Shown: positions 38,205-52,319, numbered from the whole stretch's first letter. The stretch: 63,547 bases of DNA, filler included, from Nemertoderma westbladi (GCA_032718475.1; 4 parts of 4 records of this genome joined end to end with filler, not necessarily neighbours in it); one strand, 5' to 3'. Translations and numbers: made by a program. Notes: generated by a model from the sequence alone, not told the origin.

Positions 38205-40462
38205 GAAATGGGTACTTACTTCTAGACCTAATGGAAGAATGTGAATTGATACCAACAAACAACACATTCGAAAAGAGTAAGGGGAAGCTATGGACCTTTC
38301 AATACCCTAATGGAACCAAAGCACAACTGGATTACATCCTTATAAACAAAAAGTGGAGAAACAGCATGGTCAACTGTGAGGCATACAGCTCGTTCAAACT
38401 AATTGGTTCGGACCAGAGATAAGACTCAGTTTGAGAGCCAGCAAACCCAGGACAAGCAAGCAAATCAACTATGACTGGGAGAAACTCAGAACTGACAATG
38501 CTGTAAAAGGATGCTTATACAGTAGAAGTTCAAAACCGCTTTGAAGCATTTCAGTCAATGGGTGAAGACCAATCCACCGATTCAATATACCAGAATATAA
38601 TAACAGCCCATAAGGAATCAGCTAAGAGGCATATCCCCCAGAAACCGAAACGAAAACAGTATGTGCCATGGCAAAACTCTGAGGTTACTTGTAAGAGAGA
38701 AGATCTTAAGATAGCCTACAAAGTTAAAACCGAACAACCAACAACTGAAAACATTAACAAGGTTGAAAAAGCTAAGGACGATCTTAAATTGGCCTACAAC
38801 ATCAGCCAGGAAAAGTACATACAGGATAAAACTGAAGCAATTACAACTGCTCACATACAGCAACAATCAAGACTTACCTGGCAAACTGTAAATGAGGTAT
38901 CTGGTCGGAAAAGTTGTGCAAAGGGGCGCCTCAAAGCCGATAGTCCTGAAGAACGTGTTGGGAAGTGGAAAAATCACTTCAGCAACTTGCTTGGGCAGCC
39001 ACCAAACATCGAGGTCAGCCCTACAAGGAAAATATATGACAAGACACTACCTATAGAAACAGTGGACTTCACACCTGCCGAACTCCAAAGAAGCATTAAA
39101 AGCATGTCCAATAATAAAGCGAGTGGATTAGATGAAATCCCAGCGGAGGTATGGAAAACCGGAGTGCTAAACAGACCATTATTGAATGTTTGCAACCGAA
39201 AAGCCACCACCAATTTGGACTAAAGGTCAACTAAAGCCTCTCCCCAAGAAAGGAGACCTTGGCATACCAACAAACTATCGTGGGATCTGTCTGCTTGTGG
39301 TAGCCGCCAAAATATAGAATAAAATGATTCTATATAGGATTAGGCCTCACATAGAGAAACTACTGCGTAAGAACCAAAACGGATTTCGACCAAGTAGATC
39401 AACAATAGCTCAGATACTTGCACTACGGAGACTGATTGAAGGAATTAAGTCAAAGAATCTCCCCGCAGTCATGACTTTTGTGGACTTCAAGAAGGCATTC
39501 GACTTCATCCATAGAGGTAAAATGCTTGAAATCCTAAGAGCTTATGGAATACCAGAAGTAATTGTTGCTGGCATTGGATTGTTATATTGTGACACAGAAG
39601 CGCAGGTACTCTCACCAGATGGTGAAACTGAGTTTTTCTCAATCCTGGCTGGCGTACTGCAAGGTGACACATTAGCACCATTACTATTTGTAATTGTGCT
39701 GGATTACGCAATGAGGACGGCCACAAAGGGTGAAGATCTGGGATTCACACTTCAAGAACGCAGAAGTAGTAGTTATCCGGCAACTACAGTCACAGACACC
39801 GACTTTGCGGATGACATCGCCCTGCTCTCTAATACGCTAGCAGATGCACAGCTTCTACTAAATAAAGTGGTGAGGGCTGCTAAGGAGGTTGGATTGCATA
39901 TAAATGCTACAAAGACCGAATTCATGACCTTTAATGTTGATGGGAACTTGACAACCATTGATAATAATCAACTAAGTAAGGTCGATGACTTCCAGTACCT
40001 TGGATCATGGATAGAGAGTAGCAAAAAGGACATAGAAGTTAGGAAAGCAAAGGCTTGGGTAGCTCTATCAAAAATGGATACCATCTGGAAATCAGATCTC
40101 TCCAGGCACCTGAAGACTAAGTTCTTTCGAGCCACAGTGGAAAGTGTATTTTTATACGGGGGTGAGACCTGGACACTGACTAAATCACTTGAACAACGAA
40201 TTGATGGTTGCTACACAAGACTACTAAGGGCAGCCCTAAACATCAGCTGGAGACAACACATGACAAACGCCGAGTTTTATGGTACAATCATGGATGAGTA
40301 GCAAAAAGGACATAGAAGTTAGGAAAGCAAAGGCTTGGGTAGCTCTATCAAAAATGGATACCATCTGGAAATCAGATCTCTCCAGGCACCTGAAGACTAA
40401 GTTCTTTCGAGCCACAGTGGAAAGTGTATGACAAACGCCGAGTTTTATGGTACAATACCACC
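38205..40462 (+). mobile_element. RTE-clade LINE family A (EN + RT), truncated, with a ~130-bp duplication at the 3' end
   Basis: QLDYIL, GLDEIPAE, NQNGFR, FVDFKKAFD, GVLQGD, FADD, YLGS; 40016-40147 repeated at 40296-40428. Confidence 0.93.
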
Positions 40463-40824
40463 TGTATTATTCTCTCGTTATGTAATATTCACTCGTTCAC
40501 ATGGGCGCATGCAGCATCTGGAGTGTGGTAGGGCATATTTGTGAAAAGCGAACCATTTCATTTCAATACAATTTTTTTATATTTATTATAACTAACCGAT
40601 AATTAATTAACCACCCCCCCCCCCCCCCCCCCCCCCCCCAATAATTAGAAAACCCCAATAATAAGTTTTTTGTAATTTAGAGTTGAAATTTAAACTTGTA
40701 CAGTCCTGTAAAAAAATTCGAAAAAACTCAAAACACGAATGAATCAGATTGATTGTAGGCCTACCACGACCTGCTTCGTAATAAATGTGGTAGTTGGAAA
40801 AGTTGATGATTGTACAGTATGTAA

Positions 40825-40984
40825 GGCAGCGTTCACACAGACAACTAACTCACTACTACTCAAATCGCATAATACAATACATAATAATTATAATTAATTC
40901 TAGAACACATCCTTGATTTTGTAATGTAATCGTAATGAAAATTGCGCCCGTGAATAATGAGTAGTAGTATGTGTGAACCCTGCC
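40825..40984. mobile_element. Harbinger-like MITE
   Basis: TIR GGCAGCGTTCACAC / GTGTGAACCCTGCC; TAA/TAT flanks. Confidence 0.6.
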
Positions 40985-41239
40985 TATCTAAGGTTATAAA
41001 GCAAATTATTTGTTATCTATTAATAAATTAATATTAATAGGCCAAATTATACTGTATAATACTGTATTAATTATAAACATTGCTTATTTTACAAAACAAA
41101 GTAGACATTTATATATTAATACACGAAGTGGGGCCTTCGCGCAGCACGTGACTTAAATTTAATTTAAGTACTAATTCGAAAGTATTACTGTATTAGCAAA
41201 TTTTAAGCAGATTTCGCCTAATCACTTTTTACCTCTTTC

Positions 41240-41875
41240 ATTTCTATTCAGACATTTCTGACTCTAGCGGTATAGTGAGAACTGAAGATGGATTAGGGTC
41301 TCCAGCCCCACAAAGACACAGCCTATGGATGAATAGTACATACGTACATCGGCCAAGTTTCATCTTGAATAACGGATAACGAAATGAGAGACGGATCTCA
41401 CTTTCAGAAATTTCGTCGTATAGCGGCAGACCGATTAAATCCCCCCCCCCCCCCCCCCCCCCACAAAGACGCAGCATGTGGTCCAGAATATATGGCAAGA
41501 TTCAGCTTAAACTGATTAAAATCAATGAGACGGGAGAATCTATTCACTTTCAGGCATAAAGTAGTCCTATAGCGGGTGACTGTTGAACTGATTTTCAACA
41601 AAACAAATTTTCAACTTGGCAGCTTTAAATTCGACAAAGTTATAAGCATGTCAATATCATAACGACGACAACGATTTCACTTTCAGACATTTGGCCCTCT
41701 AGCGGCAGACTGGAGAACTGCAGATGGATTCGCCTCCTTTGAAAGTCACAGCTAATGGTCTAATACATATCTGCCAAGTTTCAGCTTAAACGGATTAAAA
41801 GCAAAGAAATGGGAGGGCATTTAATGTTTAGACATGTGGCCCTCTAGCGGGAGACCATTGCACTGATGGTGTCTG
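41240..41875. repeat. Diverged ~150-bp repeats with a CTCTAGCGG core (Helentron/HINE-like)
   Basis: TTCAGACAT...CTCTAGCGG...GCCAAGTTTCA repeated at least four times. Confidence 0.5.
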
Positions 41876-41975
41876 NNNNNNNNNNNNNNNNNNNNNNNNN
41901 NNNNNNNNNNNNNNNNNNNTTAATTAATTAANNNNNNNNNNNNNNNNNNNNNNNNNNNNNNNNNNNNNNNNNNNN
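41876..41975. other. Assembly linker
   Basis: N + TTAATTAATTAA + N. Confidence 0.97.
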
Positions 41976-43272
41976 TACTTTTTTTCTCAATTGGTTGTTA
42001 AGAATATTTAATAAAATAAATATTTAAGTCCCAGGAACTGGAAAACATCACCCGCGCCGCATTGCTTAAGCAACTTTCGGTAAGTTACTTTGAATTAGTC
42101 GGAAAGTCCAAATGTCAAGTTTATAAAGAATAACTAAATGACGTTCCCAATAATTTACTGTATTTGTGTTCTAGGCAACGAAATTACCGAAGTTGGATTT
42201 GATGCGTTTAATAAATGCGTTGAGTACCAGACGCAACTCATAGGGAAAGCACCTGGAATGGGGTTAATGAGACTTAATCTGCTGGTAAGTGTGACCAGAA
42301 AACTATTTAGTATACAGTATGGGCAATTCCACAGAAAATGGACCCGATATGAAAAAATTAAACTTAGTAAAATAAGCGGCAGGTCATGATATAATGGAAT
42401 TGGTAAAATTTTTCGAATTTGACAAATTCAACATTGATTTGAGGGCATTGAGTATAAATTTTGGCTATTATATCGACCGTTACCACGCCAAGGATAAAAA
42501 ACGAAAAAAAAATACTAGCCTAATTAATATTCAAGGTGACATATTTTGTTTACTGTTCAGCCATATATGGTTTACTTATTGGTATCATTGTGGTGGGTTA
42601 ATCAGCTGTAAATGCACATTCCAATGGAGGTTGTTCTATGCCATAAACCAACATGCTTCTCATACAATCACAGGCCTAATCACTAAAACTACCACCTGAA
42701 TCTCTAATTATTGTAACGCCGTATTTTTAAACTACTTGGTTATTGAATGAATGTTACATTATGCATCGAAATTGAACAGAATAATGTAGGTTGTGAATTC
42801 AGTGATTGATTTTCAGTAATTTAGTATCGATTACCGGTTTAATCGTATAGATGTCCTCAATTATTGAAACTAACTGTTCTGTAATTTCTAGAGAAACCTT
42901 GCTTCGCCAACATCTCAAAGTTATATAAGATTACAAAATACCATGACCCTTCGCGACCCCTACTACAAATCCCCAAAGACACCGGAGGAAACCGATTCCC
43001 ATCCAACCTCAGCCAAGGCCAAGTAACCAAACCAACAAACCATTAATAGGACTCCAGAAGATATCCAACCATTACTCTACAGCTCAATTATTTTATGTTA
43101 TGATGCGATAATGAAGTTAAATTGTATTAAATATATAATAATTCTGTTTAGAATATAGTATTTAAATATTCATTAAGAAATAATATTATATTGGTTTTAA
43201 AACACCACATGACAATATTATATTGTTCTATTGTACTACACCACGTGACCAATACAAATAATAATGCATTAA

Positions 43273-44262
43273 CCCTTTGGTTACTAGGCCCTTTTTTAAA
43301 TAGCCCCCCAGAACCTAAAAATTAAGCAAACTTTAAAACACATTTACGTCAATGCCAATCATCTAGAAGTTATGATACATTTTTTAAATGATTTGACTTT
43401 TATCTTAAAAGGTGTCATGATTGATATTCTTCATATTTTTTTAATTTAAAAAAATTAAATTTTTATAAATTAAAAAAAAATTTAATTAAAATTTTTTTTT
43501 TAATTTAAAAAAAAAATAATTTTTGAAAATTAAAAAAATATTTATTTTTCTGAACTATATCATATATATTATTATATTCCATGGTCTATTTATGGCACCG
43601 GTATAATCTATATTACTTATTTATAATAATCTGCAAAGCATTTATCAAGGCAGAGCCCTGGATATAAACTGTGAATGAATGATAAATATAAATGAATAAT
43701 TATTGTAATACTAAAATGCAATATAGCTTCATTATTGCAGAATTACCACAATAATCCACCAGGATGCTAGTACAGGAACAATCATCATACCCATTATTCT
43801 ATTTACGAAATACAATTACGTAATTCACCAATATGAAGAATACCAGGATTTCACTTTTCACTTTTCAGTCATGTATTTATTTATTTACAAAGTAGATTAT
43901 TACAGTGTCAAGCTTGACAGGGAAATAAACTCTGATTGGTTGGAATTCTCAAGGGCTACTCATTCAAACCTCTGCCATATCCTACTGTACAGTACAAGGT
44001 ACAATCAATCTGCTTTCAATAAGCAGCCTGCTGTCTCTGAAAAGGAGCTCATCACTGATTGGTTGAATTCCAACCTCTAACTCAAACTCCGATCACTTTT
44101 TTAACTAAAACGGGTAGTATAGTGTCCTAAGCGATGGATAAACACTGCTAGAATAACCTAAACTTGAATCATCCCCATTGGCAGCAATAAACACCAGGAC
44201 GTATATATACGTCCTTAGGACACTGTTGAGGACGTATATATACGTCCTTAGGGCTCAAAGGG
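43273..44262. mobile_element. piggyBac-like MITE
   Basis: TTAA-CCCTTTG ... CAAAGGG-TTAA; two AGGACGTATATATACGTCCT palindromes near the right end. Confidence 0.8.
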
Positions 44263-44902
44263 TTAAAGATACGTGTCTTATTTTAGCAGACGTTTTAGGA
44301 TCGTCAATGGCAGACCTCAACTTTTCCTCTCGGTTGGTTTCCAGAGAGAACAATGACATCGTCATTGGGTAATCCGATCAATTCCTCGGCAATAAAGATG
44401 TTACCGATTATTTGACTTTGCAATGTACTGTAAGTGTTACACAATGCAAGTTACATCAAGGAATAGTCTTTTCAGCCCAACAAGCAGTTAACGATTAGAT
44501 ATCAGAAAGGCCTAGCATCATGTCCTTCCTAAAAGTCCTGTAGCCCCCATTACAAAGTGGAGAATTGAAAACGGATATTTATTATTTACAGTATAATATT
44601 TACAGAATAAATTATTAGGCGGCGATCAGGTTTGTTATAAATAGTAATAAAAGCTGCTAATTCAGAAAACGCACGCGATAAAACTGCATGTTGTATTATG
44701 TTGGGCATAAGAGTTAAGTCATTAGATATTGGCAACTACATCACTATTAAGGTGTCTCTCTTCCAACCCACCAGATAAAACCTCCCACACATCTGTTACC
44801 TTGGCAGTTGGTAGCTTTCTTCCACCCAATGTGAAAATATTTATTATTGCGTTGCTTGTTGTGTTTGGGTTCTCATTCCAGCAATCAAGTGAGACACAAT
44901 AG

Positions 44903-47467
44903 CAACCATTAGGGGCCACTCAATATGCCTTTAACTGGGGCGAGTTTCAACCATTAGGGGCTACTCACTATGCCTGTAACTGGGGCGAGTTTCAACCATT
45001 AGGGGCCACTCACTATGCCTGTAACTGGGGCGAGTTTCAACCATTAGGGGCCACTCAATATGCCTTTAACTGGGGCGAGTTTCAACCATTAGGGGCTACT
45101 CACTATGCCTGTAACTGGGGCGAGTTTCAACCATTAGGGGCCACTCACTATGCCTGTAACTGGGGCGAGTTTCAACCATTAGGGGCCACTCACTATGCCT
45201 TTAACTGGGGCGAGTTTCAACCATTAGGGGCCACTCACTATGCCTTTAACTGGGGCGAGTTTCAACCATTAGGGGCCACTCACTATGCCTGTAACTGGGG
45301 CGAGTTTCAACCATTAGGGGCCACTCACTATGCCTGTAACTGGGGCGAGTTTCAACCATTAGGGGCCACTCACTATGCCTGTAACTGGGGCGAGTTTCAA
45401 CCATTAGGGGCCACTCACTATGCCTTTAACTGGGGCGAGTTTCAACCATTAGGGGCCACTCACTATGCCTGTAACTGGGGCGAGTTTCAACCATTAGGGG
45501 CCACTCACTATGCCTTTAACTGGGGCGAGTTTCAACCATTAGGGGCTACTCACTATGCCTTTAACTGGGGCGAGTTTCAACCATTAGGGGCCACTCACTA
45601 TGCCTGTAACTGGGGCGAGTTTCAACCATTAGGGGCCACTCACTATGCCTTTAACTGGGGCGAGTTTCAACCATTAGGGGCCACTCACTATGCCTTTAAC
45701 TGGGGCGAGTTTCAATCATTAGGGGCCACTCACTATGCCTGTAACTGGGGCGAGTTTCAACCATTAGGGGCCACTCACTATGCCTGTAACTGGGGCGAGT
45801 TTCAACCATTAGGGGCCACTCACTATGCCTGTAACTGGGGCGAGTTTCAACCATTAGGGGCCACTCACTATGCCTTTAACTGGGGCGAGTTTCAACCATT
45901 AGGGGCCACTCACTATGCCTGTAACTGGGGCGAGTTTCAACCATTAGGGGCCACTCACTATGCCTTTAACTGGGGCGAGTTTCAACCATTAGGGGCCACT
46001 CACTATGCCTTTAACTGGGGCGAGTTTCAACCATTAGGGGCCACTCACTATGCCTGTAACTGGGGCGAGTTTCAACCATTAGGGGCCACTCACTATGCCT
46101 TTAACTGGGGCGAGTTTCAACCATTAGGGGCCACTCACTATGCCTGTAACTGGGGCGAGTTTCAACCATTAGGGGCCACTCACTATGCCTTTAACTGGGG
46201 CGAGTTTCAACCATTAGGGGCCACTCACTATGCCTGTAACTGGGGCGAGTTTCAACCATTAGGGGCCACTCACTATGCCTGTAACTGGGGCGAGTTTCAA
46301 CCATTAGGGGCCACTCACTATGCCTGTAACTGGGGCGAGTTTCAACCATTAGGGGCCACTCACTATGCCTTTAACTGGGGCGAGTTTCAACCATTAGGGG
46401 CCACTCACTATGCCTTTAACTGGGGCGAGTTTCAACCATTAGGGGCCACTCACTATGCCTGTAACTGGGGCGAGTTTCAACCATTAGGGGCCACTCACTA
46501 TGCCTGTAACTGGGGCGAGTTTCAACCATTAGGGGCCACTCACTATGCCTGTAACTGGGGCGAGTTTCAACCATTAGGGGCCACTCACTATGCCTGTAAC
46601 TGGGGCGAGTTTCAACCATTAGGGGCCACTCACTATGCCTGTAACTGGGGCGAGTTTCAACCATTAGGGGCCACTCACTATGCCTTTAACTGGGGCGAGT
46701 TTCAACCATTAGGGGCCACTCACTATGCCTGTAACTGGGGCGAGTTTCAACCATTAGGGGCCACTCACTATGCCTTTAACTGGGGCGAGTTTCAACCATT
46801 AGGGGCCACTCACTATGCCTTTAACTGGGGCGAGTTTCAACCATTAGGGGCCACTCACTATGCCTGTAACTGGGGCGAGTTTCAACCATTAGGGGCCACT
46901 CACTATGCCTTTAACTGGGGCGAGTTTCAACCATTAGGGGCCACTCACTATGCCTGTAACTGGGGCGAGTTTCAACCATTAGGGGCCACTCACTATGCCT
47001 TTAACTGGGGCGAGTTTCAACCATTAGGGGCCACTCACTATGCCTGTAACTGGGGCGAGTTTCAACCATTAGGGGCCACTCACTATGCCTTTAACTGGGG
47101 CGAGTTTCAACCATTAGGGGCCACTCACTATGCCTTTAACTGGGGCGAGTTTCAACCATTAGGGGCCACTCACTATGCCTGTAACTGGGGCGAGTTTCAA
47201 CCATTAGGGGCCACTCACTATGCCTTTAACTGGGGCGAGTTTCAACCATTAGGGGCCACTCACTATGCCTGTAACTGGGGCGAGTTTCAACCATTAGGGG
47301 CCACTCACTATGCCTTTAACTGGGGCGAGTTTCAACCATTAGGGGCCACTCACTATGCCTGTAACTGGGGCGAGTTTCAACCATTAGGGGCCACTCACTA
47401 TGCCTGTAACTGGGGCGAGTTTCAACCATTAGGGGCCACTCACTATGCCTTTAACTGGGGCGAGTTT
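44903..47467. repeat. 45-bp minisatellite, about 57 near-identical copies
   Basis: AGGGGCCACTCACTATGCCT(G/T)TAACTGGGGCGAGTTTCAACCATT. Confidence 0.98.
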
Positions 47468-48557
47468 GGCTGAGCCATATATCATTAACCCTAATATATT
47501 TTCCACCTTTACAAGGTGCGCTCTCATACAGCCAGATAGATTGGTAGCATTTCATTCTTACAGATTGGTAGCATTTCATTCTTACAATGTCCTTTCTCAC
47601 ACACTTTGTTATCGGCCGGAGAAAAAGGCCCTTGTAGAAATATATATGTAATTTACCTTTTTTCGGTCCTATCAGGAAAGTTATTATGTGGCAGTAGCAG
47701 TGCTATGACAACGGTGTAGTATCGTTTGACCGTAATCCTATCCTATCTATTGATTGATTATCTATTGATATACTATCAATTGAACTGTGTTAACTTGCTT
47801 TACTCCCTTTGAGATACTCATCCGCACAGCAAGCAATAAATCGGTACACCCGTTTAGTATATTTTATAGATTAATTGTTTGGATATTATTAAAGCCTTCA
47901 ATCATATTATATTAATTTATCTTTTAAGTTAAAAAAGTAACATTACGATGTGGAAGGATGTTTTATAATGAATCAATTGAATGAAACAATTTCCTCAATG
48001 TATTATTGGCAGAGGAACGTCTATACAGATATAGTCGACACTACAATACAAACAATATGTTCGTAGACAGAAACGTGGGTAAAGTTAATTTTACTATAGT
48101 GTAGAAAATTCGGTAGCAATAATAATATTATAGCACAGCAGTAACATAATATCGGATACTGCATATCAAAAAATAAGAAGATCGAATTATCAATGGAATA
48201 AACCACAATATGTAAAAGTTAATTACAGAAAGATATTAATTAATAAACTCCAACACCCCAGAAATATAATGGAATTATTATTATAATTTACAAAATAGTT
48301 TCATGAGATTACCGGTAACCAATTCATATAAATGTTATACGAGACCCTAAGCCCCTATAATAAATCATCACGAACAGTCACAAGTTCGGTTCGCGTTCGC
48401 GGTATGGAGAGGCGCTCGCATTAACTCGTCGACACAACCAACCCGGAGCGCGATTCTCCGATCTCAACCTGCACCCAACGCGTATCCGGGTTGCTCACCC
48501 AGTTAGTACAACCACGGAACCAATCCGTCTACCTCGGGGTTACTCACTGCGATTACG

Positions 48558-50765
48558 CTAATCCGTTCCGGTCGGCTTCTCCTTGGCGTTCCGTAACTCT
48601 CGGGTGCCGCGGAAACGGATAGGAGCGACGCCCGGTTTATAGATCGCTAGAGATGGTCGATTCTTATTGGTCAGCTTGGGCGACGAAGCCTCGCTGGTAG
48701 CGGGTGTAGCAACTACAGGAGCTTCGGCGGACCAACTCGGTGGGTCGGACGACTCCTTCCGCTGTACCCTCGGCGACGAACCATCCGGTTTCACAGACGT
48801 CCTCTTCATCTCCCTATGATTCCCTCCAGTAGTTTTGGACTTCGTATCGTCTTTACCTTTGGGTTCCCTGTACATCTCCCCTTCGTCCACCCAGTCCCAA
48901 TGCCGGTACCCTCCGCCCCTCCCACGGGGGGGCCCTTCGTACCAATCCTCGTACCAACCACCATCCGGGTGCCGATACCTGGAGCCCCTCCGCCCTCCCC
49001 CGGGGGGCCCTTCCCCACGTCTAGCACTCCTCTCAACCACATCAGCCTTACCGGCTCTCAATTCCTTAGAATCATCTTTCTTTGTTTTACCTTCCCTACT
49101 ACCACCTGGGTCTCCTCCCCTTCTAGGTCGTCTGTCTCTGTGCGAACCATCCCCTCTCCTACCAGCCTCCACCCCTCTCCTTCCACTCATCTTCCCCCCC
49201 GCACTCTTCCCAACTGATTCCTCCCCCTCACCCCTATCCTCATCCGATACCGTCATATGATCCTTCCTGCCCCGCTCCTCAGGATATCGCCTCTGCCCCC
49301 TCCTACCACTAACTCGGCTACTCTGATTCTCCCTGTAACCCGTTTGTATTTTACCCTCACTCCTATCCCTTTTACTACCGCTGTACGGTTCTTTCGAACT
49401 TCTATGTACCAACTTTCCATCATCATTATCCATCTTTACAATGGATTTATCGGATTTTACACTGATGTATTCCTCGCTATTTCTAGTAAAATGAGTTTCA
49501 GCGCTGAAAACTTCAGCGAATTCGTCATCAGGCTGTTTATTACTAACAGATTTAGACTCATTCAGCTTTGAAACTTCCATTATTCTAATAGAATCATCCG
49601 CATCTTTATTGCTTTTAGGTTTAGAGTCACTAACAACCTTAGCAGCTATAACTGCATCATCAGTGAAGGCAAAATTAACCTCATCCAAACTCCCGTATCT
49701 CTTCTTATTAACTTCGTTAGCACCAGTGTCAGTATCATTGAGATTACCAACTATAGAATGTAGGTTATCTAAAAAGAACTGAGTCTCTTCCGGACTATTC
49801 ACTTTATTTACTCCCCCGTTATTATTAATCTTCTTATCTGACAACAATAAACTAACTGTCGGCCCTGGCGATGAATCTTCCTTATCATCTGAGACCTCCT
49901 CGATTCTCTTATTCTTCCGTATAGTCGTTACTATATCAACAGCCGTCCTTTTGCTATCGTTAACTTCATTTACAACCTTCTTGTCATCGTATTCCGCTTT
50001 CTTTGACTCTCTCTTCTTCGCGATAAAATTCCCCGACATGGTTTGTAGATGTGGATAACGTTTGTCATCTCTTCTGTACCAATTGTAATCCTTATACGGC
50101 TCTTCCTCATTATAACTGCTTTCTACACTTCTACGTTTCTTATTGAAATCTTTTCTCTCCGCCTCTTTCATCCTTAACATATTCTCCTGTTTGTCCTTTA
50201 GGTACTCCAATAAGGGAGTTGTCTTTTTAACTACTCCGTGATTCAGTGATCTCTCTCGCTCTTTCTCTTCCACATTTCTAATGAGTTCTTGGTGGATTTC
50301 GCTGAGAGAAACAGATGAATCTTTAGTCGAGTTACCTTGATTTTCAATCATTTCCAAAAATTGTTTATAATCGGGATCTGTAGAAATCGTTGACATTCGC
50401 GTGTCTTCCTTGGTGTTGGGGAGAGCCACGCGTTGGTAGGGAGCAAACTCTACAATAACGGGGAATTCGTAATCATTCTGATCGACAAAGGAATAGCCAT
50501 CCCAAGAATCTTTAAACTCTAAAACATCGTCAACACTTTTAAAGTCAATGTAAGCCGAAGAGTGGCCGTAACCACCCAGACTTACATCGGCCTTCATAAA
50601 ACGGATATAATTAAACGGTGGTAGATAGTCTTCTATCGACTTGATAAATTCATCCTCTGTAAGAGAAGGGGGAAGAAGTCGCACCACTACTTTTGTCAAC
50701 TGCTTAGTTGGTTTTGTTGCAGTTTGACCCTTAACAGCAGACTTTACTGGCCCTTCTTTGCTCAT
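48558..50765 (-). CDS. UPF3: Regulator of nonsense transcripts 3 (Smg-4/UPF3), single-ORF coding region
   Basis: TKVVVRLLPPSLTE...AYIDF...F...DGY.F.D...VEFAPYQ RRM-like domain, DPDYKQFLE, TTPLLEYL, C-terminal EJC-binding motif NKNRPSLAIYKPG. Confidence 0.93.
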   Translation of the reverse strand: MSKEGPVKSAVKGQTATKPTKQLTKVVVRLLPPSLTEDEFIKSIEDYLPPFNYIRFMKADVSLGGYGHSSAYIDFKSVDDVLEFKDSWDGYSFVDQNDYEFPVIVEFAPYQRVALPNTKEDTRMSTISTDPDYKQFLEMIENQGNSTKDSSVSLSEIHQELIRNVEEKERERSLNHGVVKKTTPLLEYLKDKQENMLRMKEAERKDFNKKRRSVESSYNEEEPYKDYNWYRRDDKRYPHLQTMSGNFIAKKRESKKAEYDDKKVVNEVNDSKRTAVDIVTTIRKNKRIEEVSDDKEDSSPGPTVSLLLSDKKINNNGGVNKVNSPEETQFFLDNLHSIVGNLNDTDTGANEVNKKRYGSLDEVNFAFTDDAVIAAKVVSDSKPKSNKDADDSIRIMEVSKLNESKSVSNKQPDDEFAEVFSAETHFTRNSEEYISVKSDKSIVKMDNDDGKLVHRSSKEPYSGSKRDRSEGKIQTGYRENQSSRVSGRRGQRRYPEERGRKDHMTVSDEDRGEGEESVGKSAGGKMSGRRGVEAGRRGDGSHRDRRPRRGGDPGGSREGKTKKDDSKELRAGKADVVERSARRGEGPPGGGRRGSRYRHPDGGWYEDWYEGPPRGRGGGYRHWDWVDEGEMYREPKGKDDTKSKTTGGNHREMKRTSVKPDGSSPRVQRKESSDPPSWSAEAPVVATPATSEASSPKLTNKNRPSLAIYKPGVAPIRFRGTRELRNAKEKPTGTD

Positions 50766-51584
50766 ATTGCTGTATTGAGTGTTCTGTCTATAGGTTGTAG
50801 GAGCTAACGGTATTGCTGGTACCGTTACGTACCAGCACCGATAATTTTTTTAGTTTTTATTAACTTGTCATAATAATCATAATCGTGTTAAATACCATGA
50901 CCTGACCGGTACTGTTGTCAATCCATACAAATAATTAATTTTCATATTATATTCCAGTATTCAGTACCGTCAGACCGTACCGGTACTGGTATCGAACCGG
51001 TAACATATCCAATATCGAAGGAACTTGTAATATCCAAATAGAGGTAGAGGGCCTCTATCTTTAGTGAGAAGTGAAACCTGTTGATCTTGTACCGTAAATA
51101 GAATCAAAACAACAAATGCCACAGTGCCATACCTACCAGTACTGCGGTACACACACAGCCTTACAGCAGTAGAGCAGTCAGGCCAGAATTTATTTGTTTA
51201 CCGGGTTAGATACGCCTACAGGGGACCCGGACTGCCGGACCCTCCTGAATCTTTGAATGTGGAATGCTGATTTCAGAATCACAACCAATCACACCAAATC
51301 ACAAAAAAATTGTAAAGTAAAGGAGCAGGTTACCGGTACAGTGGTTATGGCAGCCCGAACAGCAGAAGGAACCAAAACAATTTTAAAAACCAAAAGAGCA
51401 GAAAATTGCAAAAAATGCAGAAAGCTGCCTGCATTATGGCATACATTTGGTTTTAAAACCCCGCTACATTAAATCACCCGCAAAAACATTTATTTCACCT
51501 CTAAAAGCTGAAAAGCCCACGGTTTTATTATATACGGGGTGTAATAATTCACAAATTGATTAATTTCTCCTCCTATTATAGGGG

Positions 51585-52272
51585 CCAGGCTGCAAATAAA
51601 GTGCAAAAATCGCAACGCGTTGTGCGCGTATTTGAAATAGTGCGCGGTAAAAGCGCGCAGAATTGAAATAAAAGTGCGCGAAATTATGTGAAAGACAACA
51701 AAAGCTGAAATGTGCGCAGTAATCTGTGCAAAAGATTAAAAGTCGTAAAGTGCGTGTACAGGTGGATGACAGGATGAGGTGTAAAAAAAGTTTACATGCA
51801 TTCAAAGTGAGAAAAATAATTTGCCACAAAAAATTTGCATTTTGCATTGTTAGAATGAAAAAAATTCATTCACTTTGAGTTTTGCTCGCATTTCATTTTC
51901 ATTTTGCACTGTTAGAATGAAAAAATTCGCTCACTTTGAGTCTTGCTCGCGTTTCTTTATCATTTTTGCACTGTTAGAATGAAAAAATTTCGCTCACTTT
52001 GAGTTTTGCTTGCATTTCTTTTTCATTTTGCACTGTCTGACTGTTAGAATGAAAAAATTTCGCTCACTTTGACTTTTGCTCGCGTTTCTTTTTCATTTTA
52101 CAATGTTAATGAAAAAGTTTTGCTCGCTTCGCTCGCGTATGTTTTTCGTTTACATTGTTAAAATGTGGTGTGCACGTTTTTTTCGGTGCATTCGCGGTAT
52201 ATTGTCCAATATTGCGCGGCTGAAAAATTGTGCACAGGCGTTGTGCGCGGTTCAGTGGTGGTTTGCAGCCTG
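51585..52272. mobile_element. MITE with TIR CCAGGCTGCAAA and ~60-bp internal repeats; partial copy at 55750-55950
   Basis: Inverted termini at 51585 and 52272; the right half is repeated at 55750-55950; no clear TSD. Confidence 0.65.
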
Positions 52273-52319
52273 GGGATGATATAAATGGACACATTTACCG
52301 GTATGTGATTTTATCTTCC

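Noticed and set aside
44722-44919. Ulp1-like peptide (HLNSDV)
   Set aside because: Too short and weak to support
44903-47467. CRISPR-like array
   Set aside because: No unique spacers and no cas genes; a plain tandem repeat in eukaryotic DNA
48806-49571. ORFs overlapping UPF3 and other short ORFs with GTG/TTG starts
   Set aside because: Shadow frames of GC-rich or repetitive sequence with no recognisable motifs
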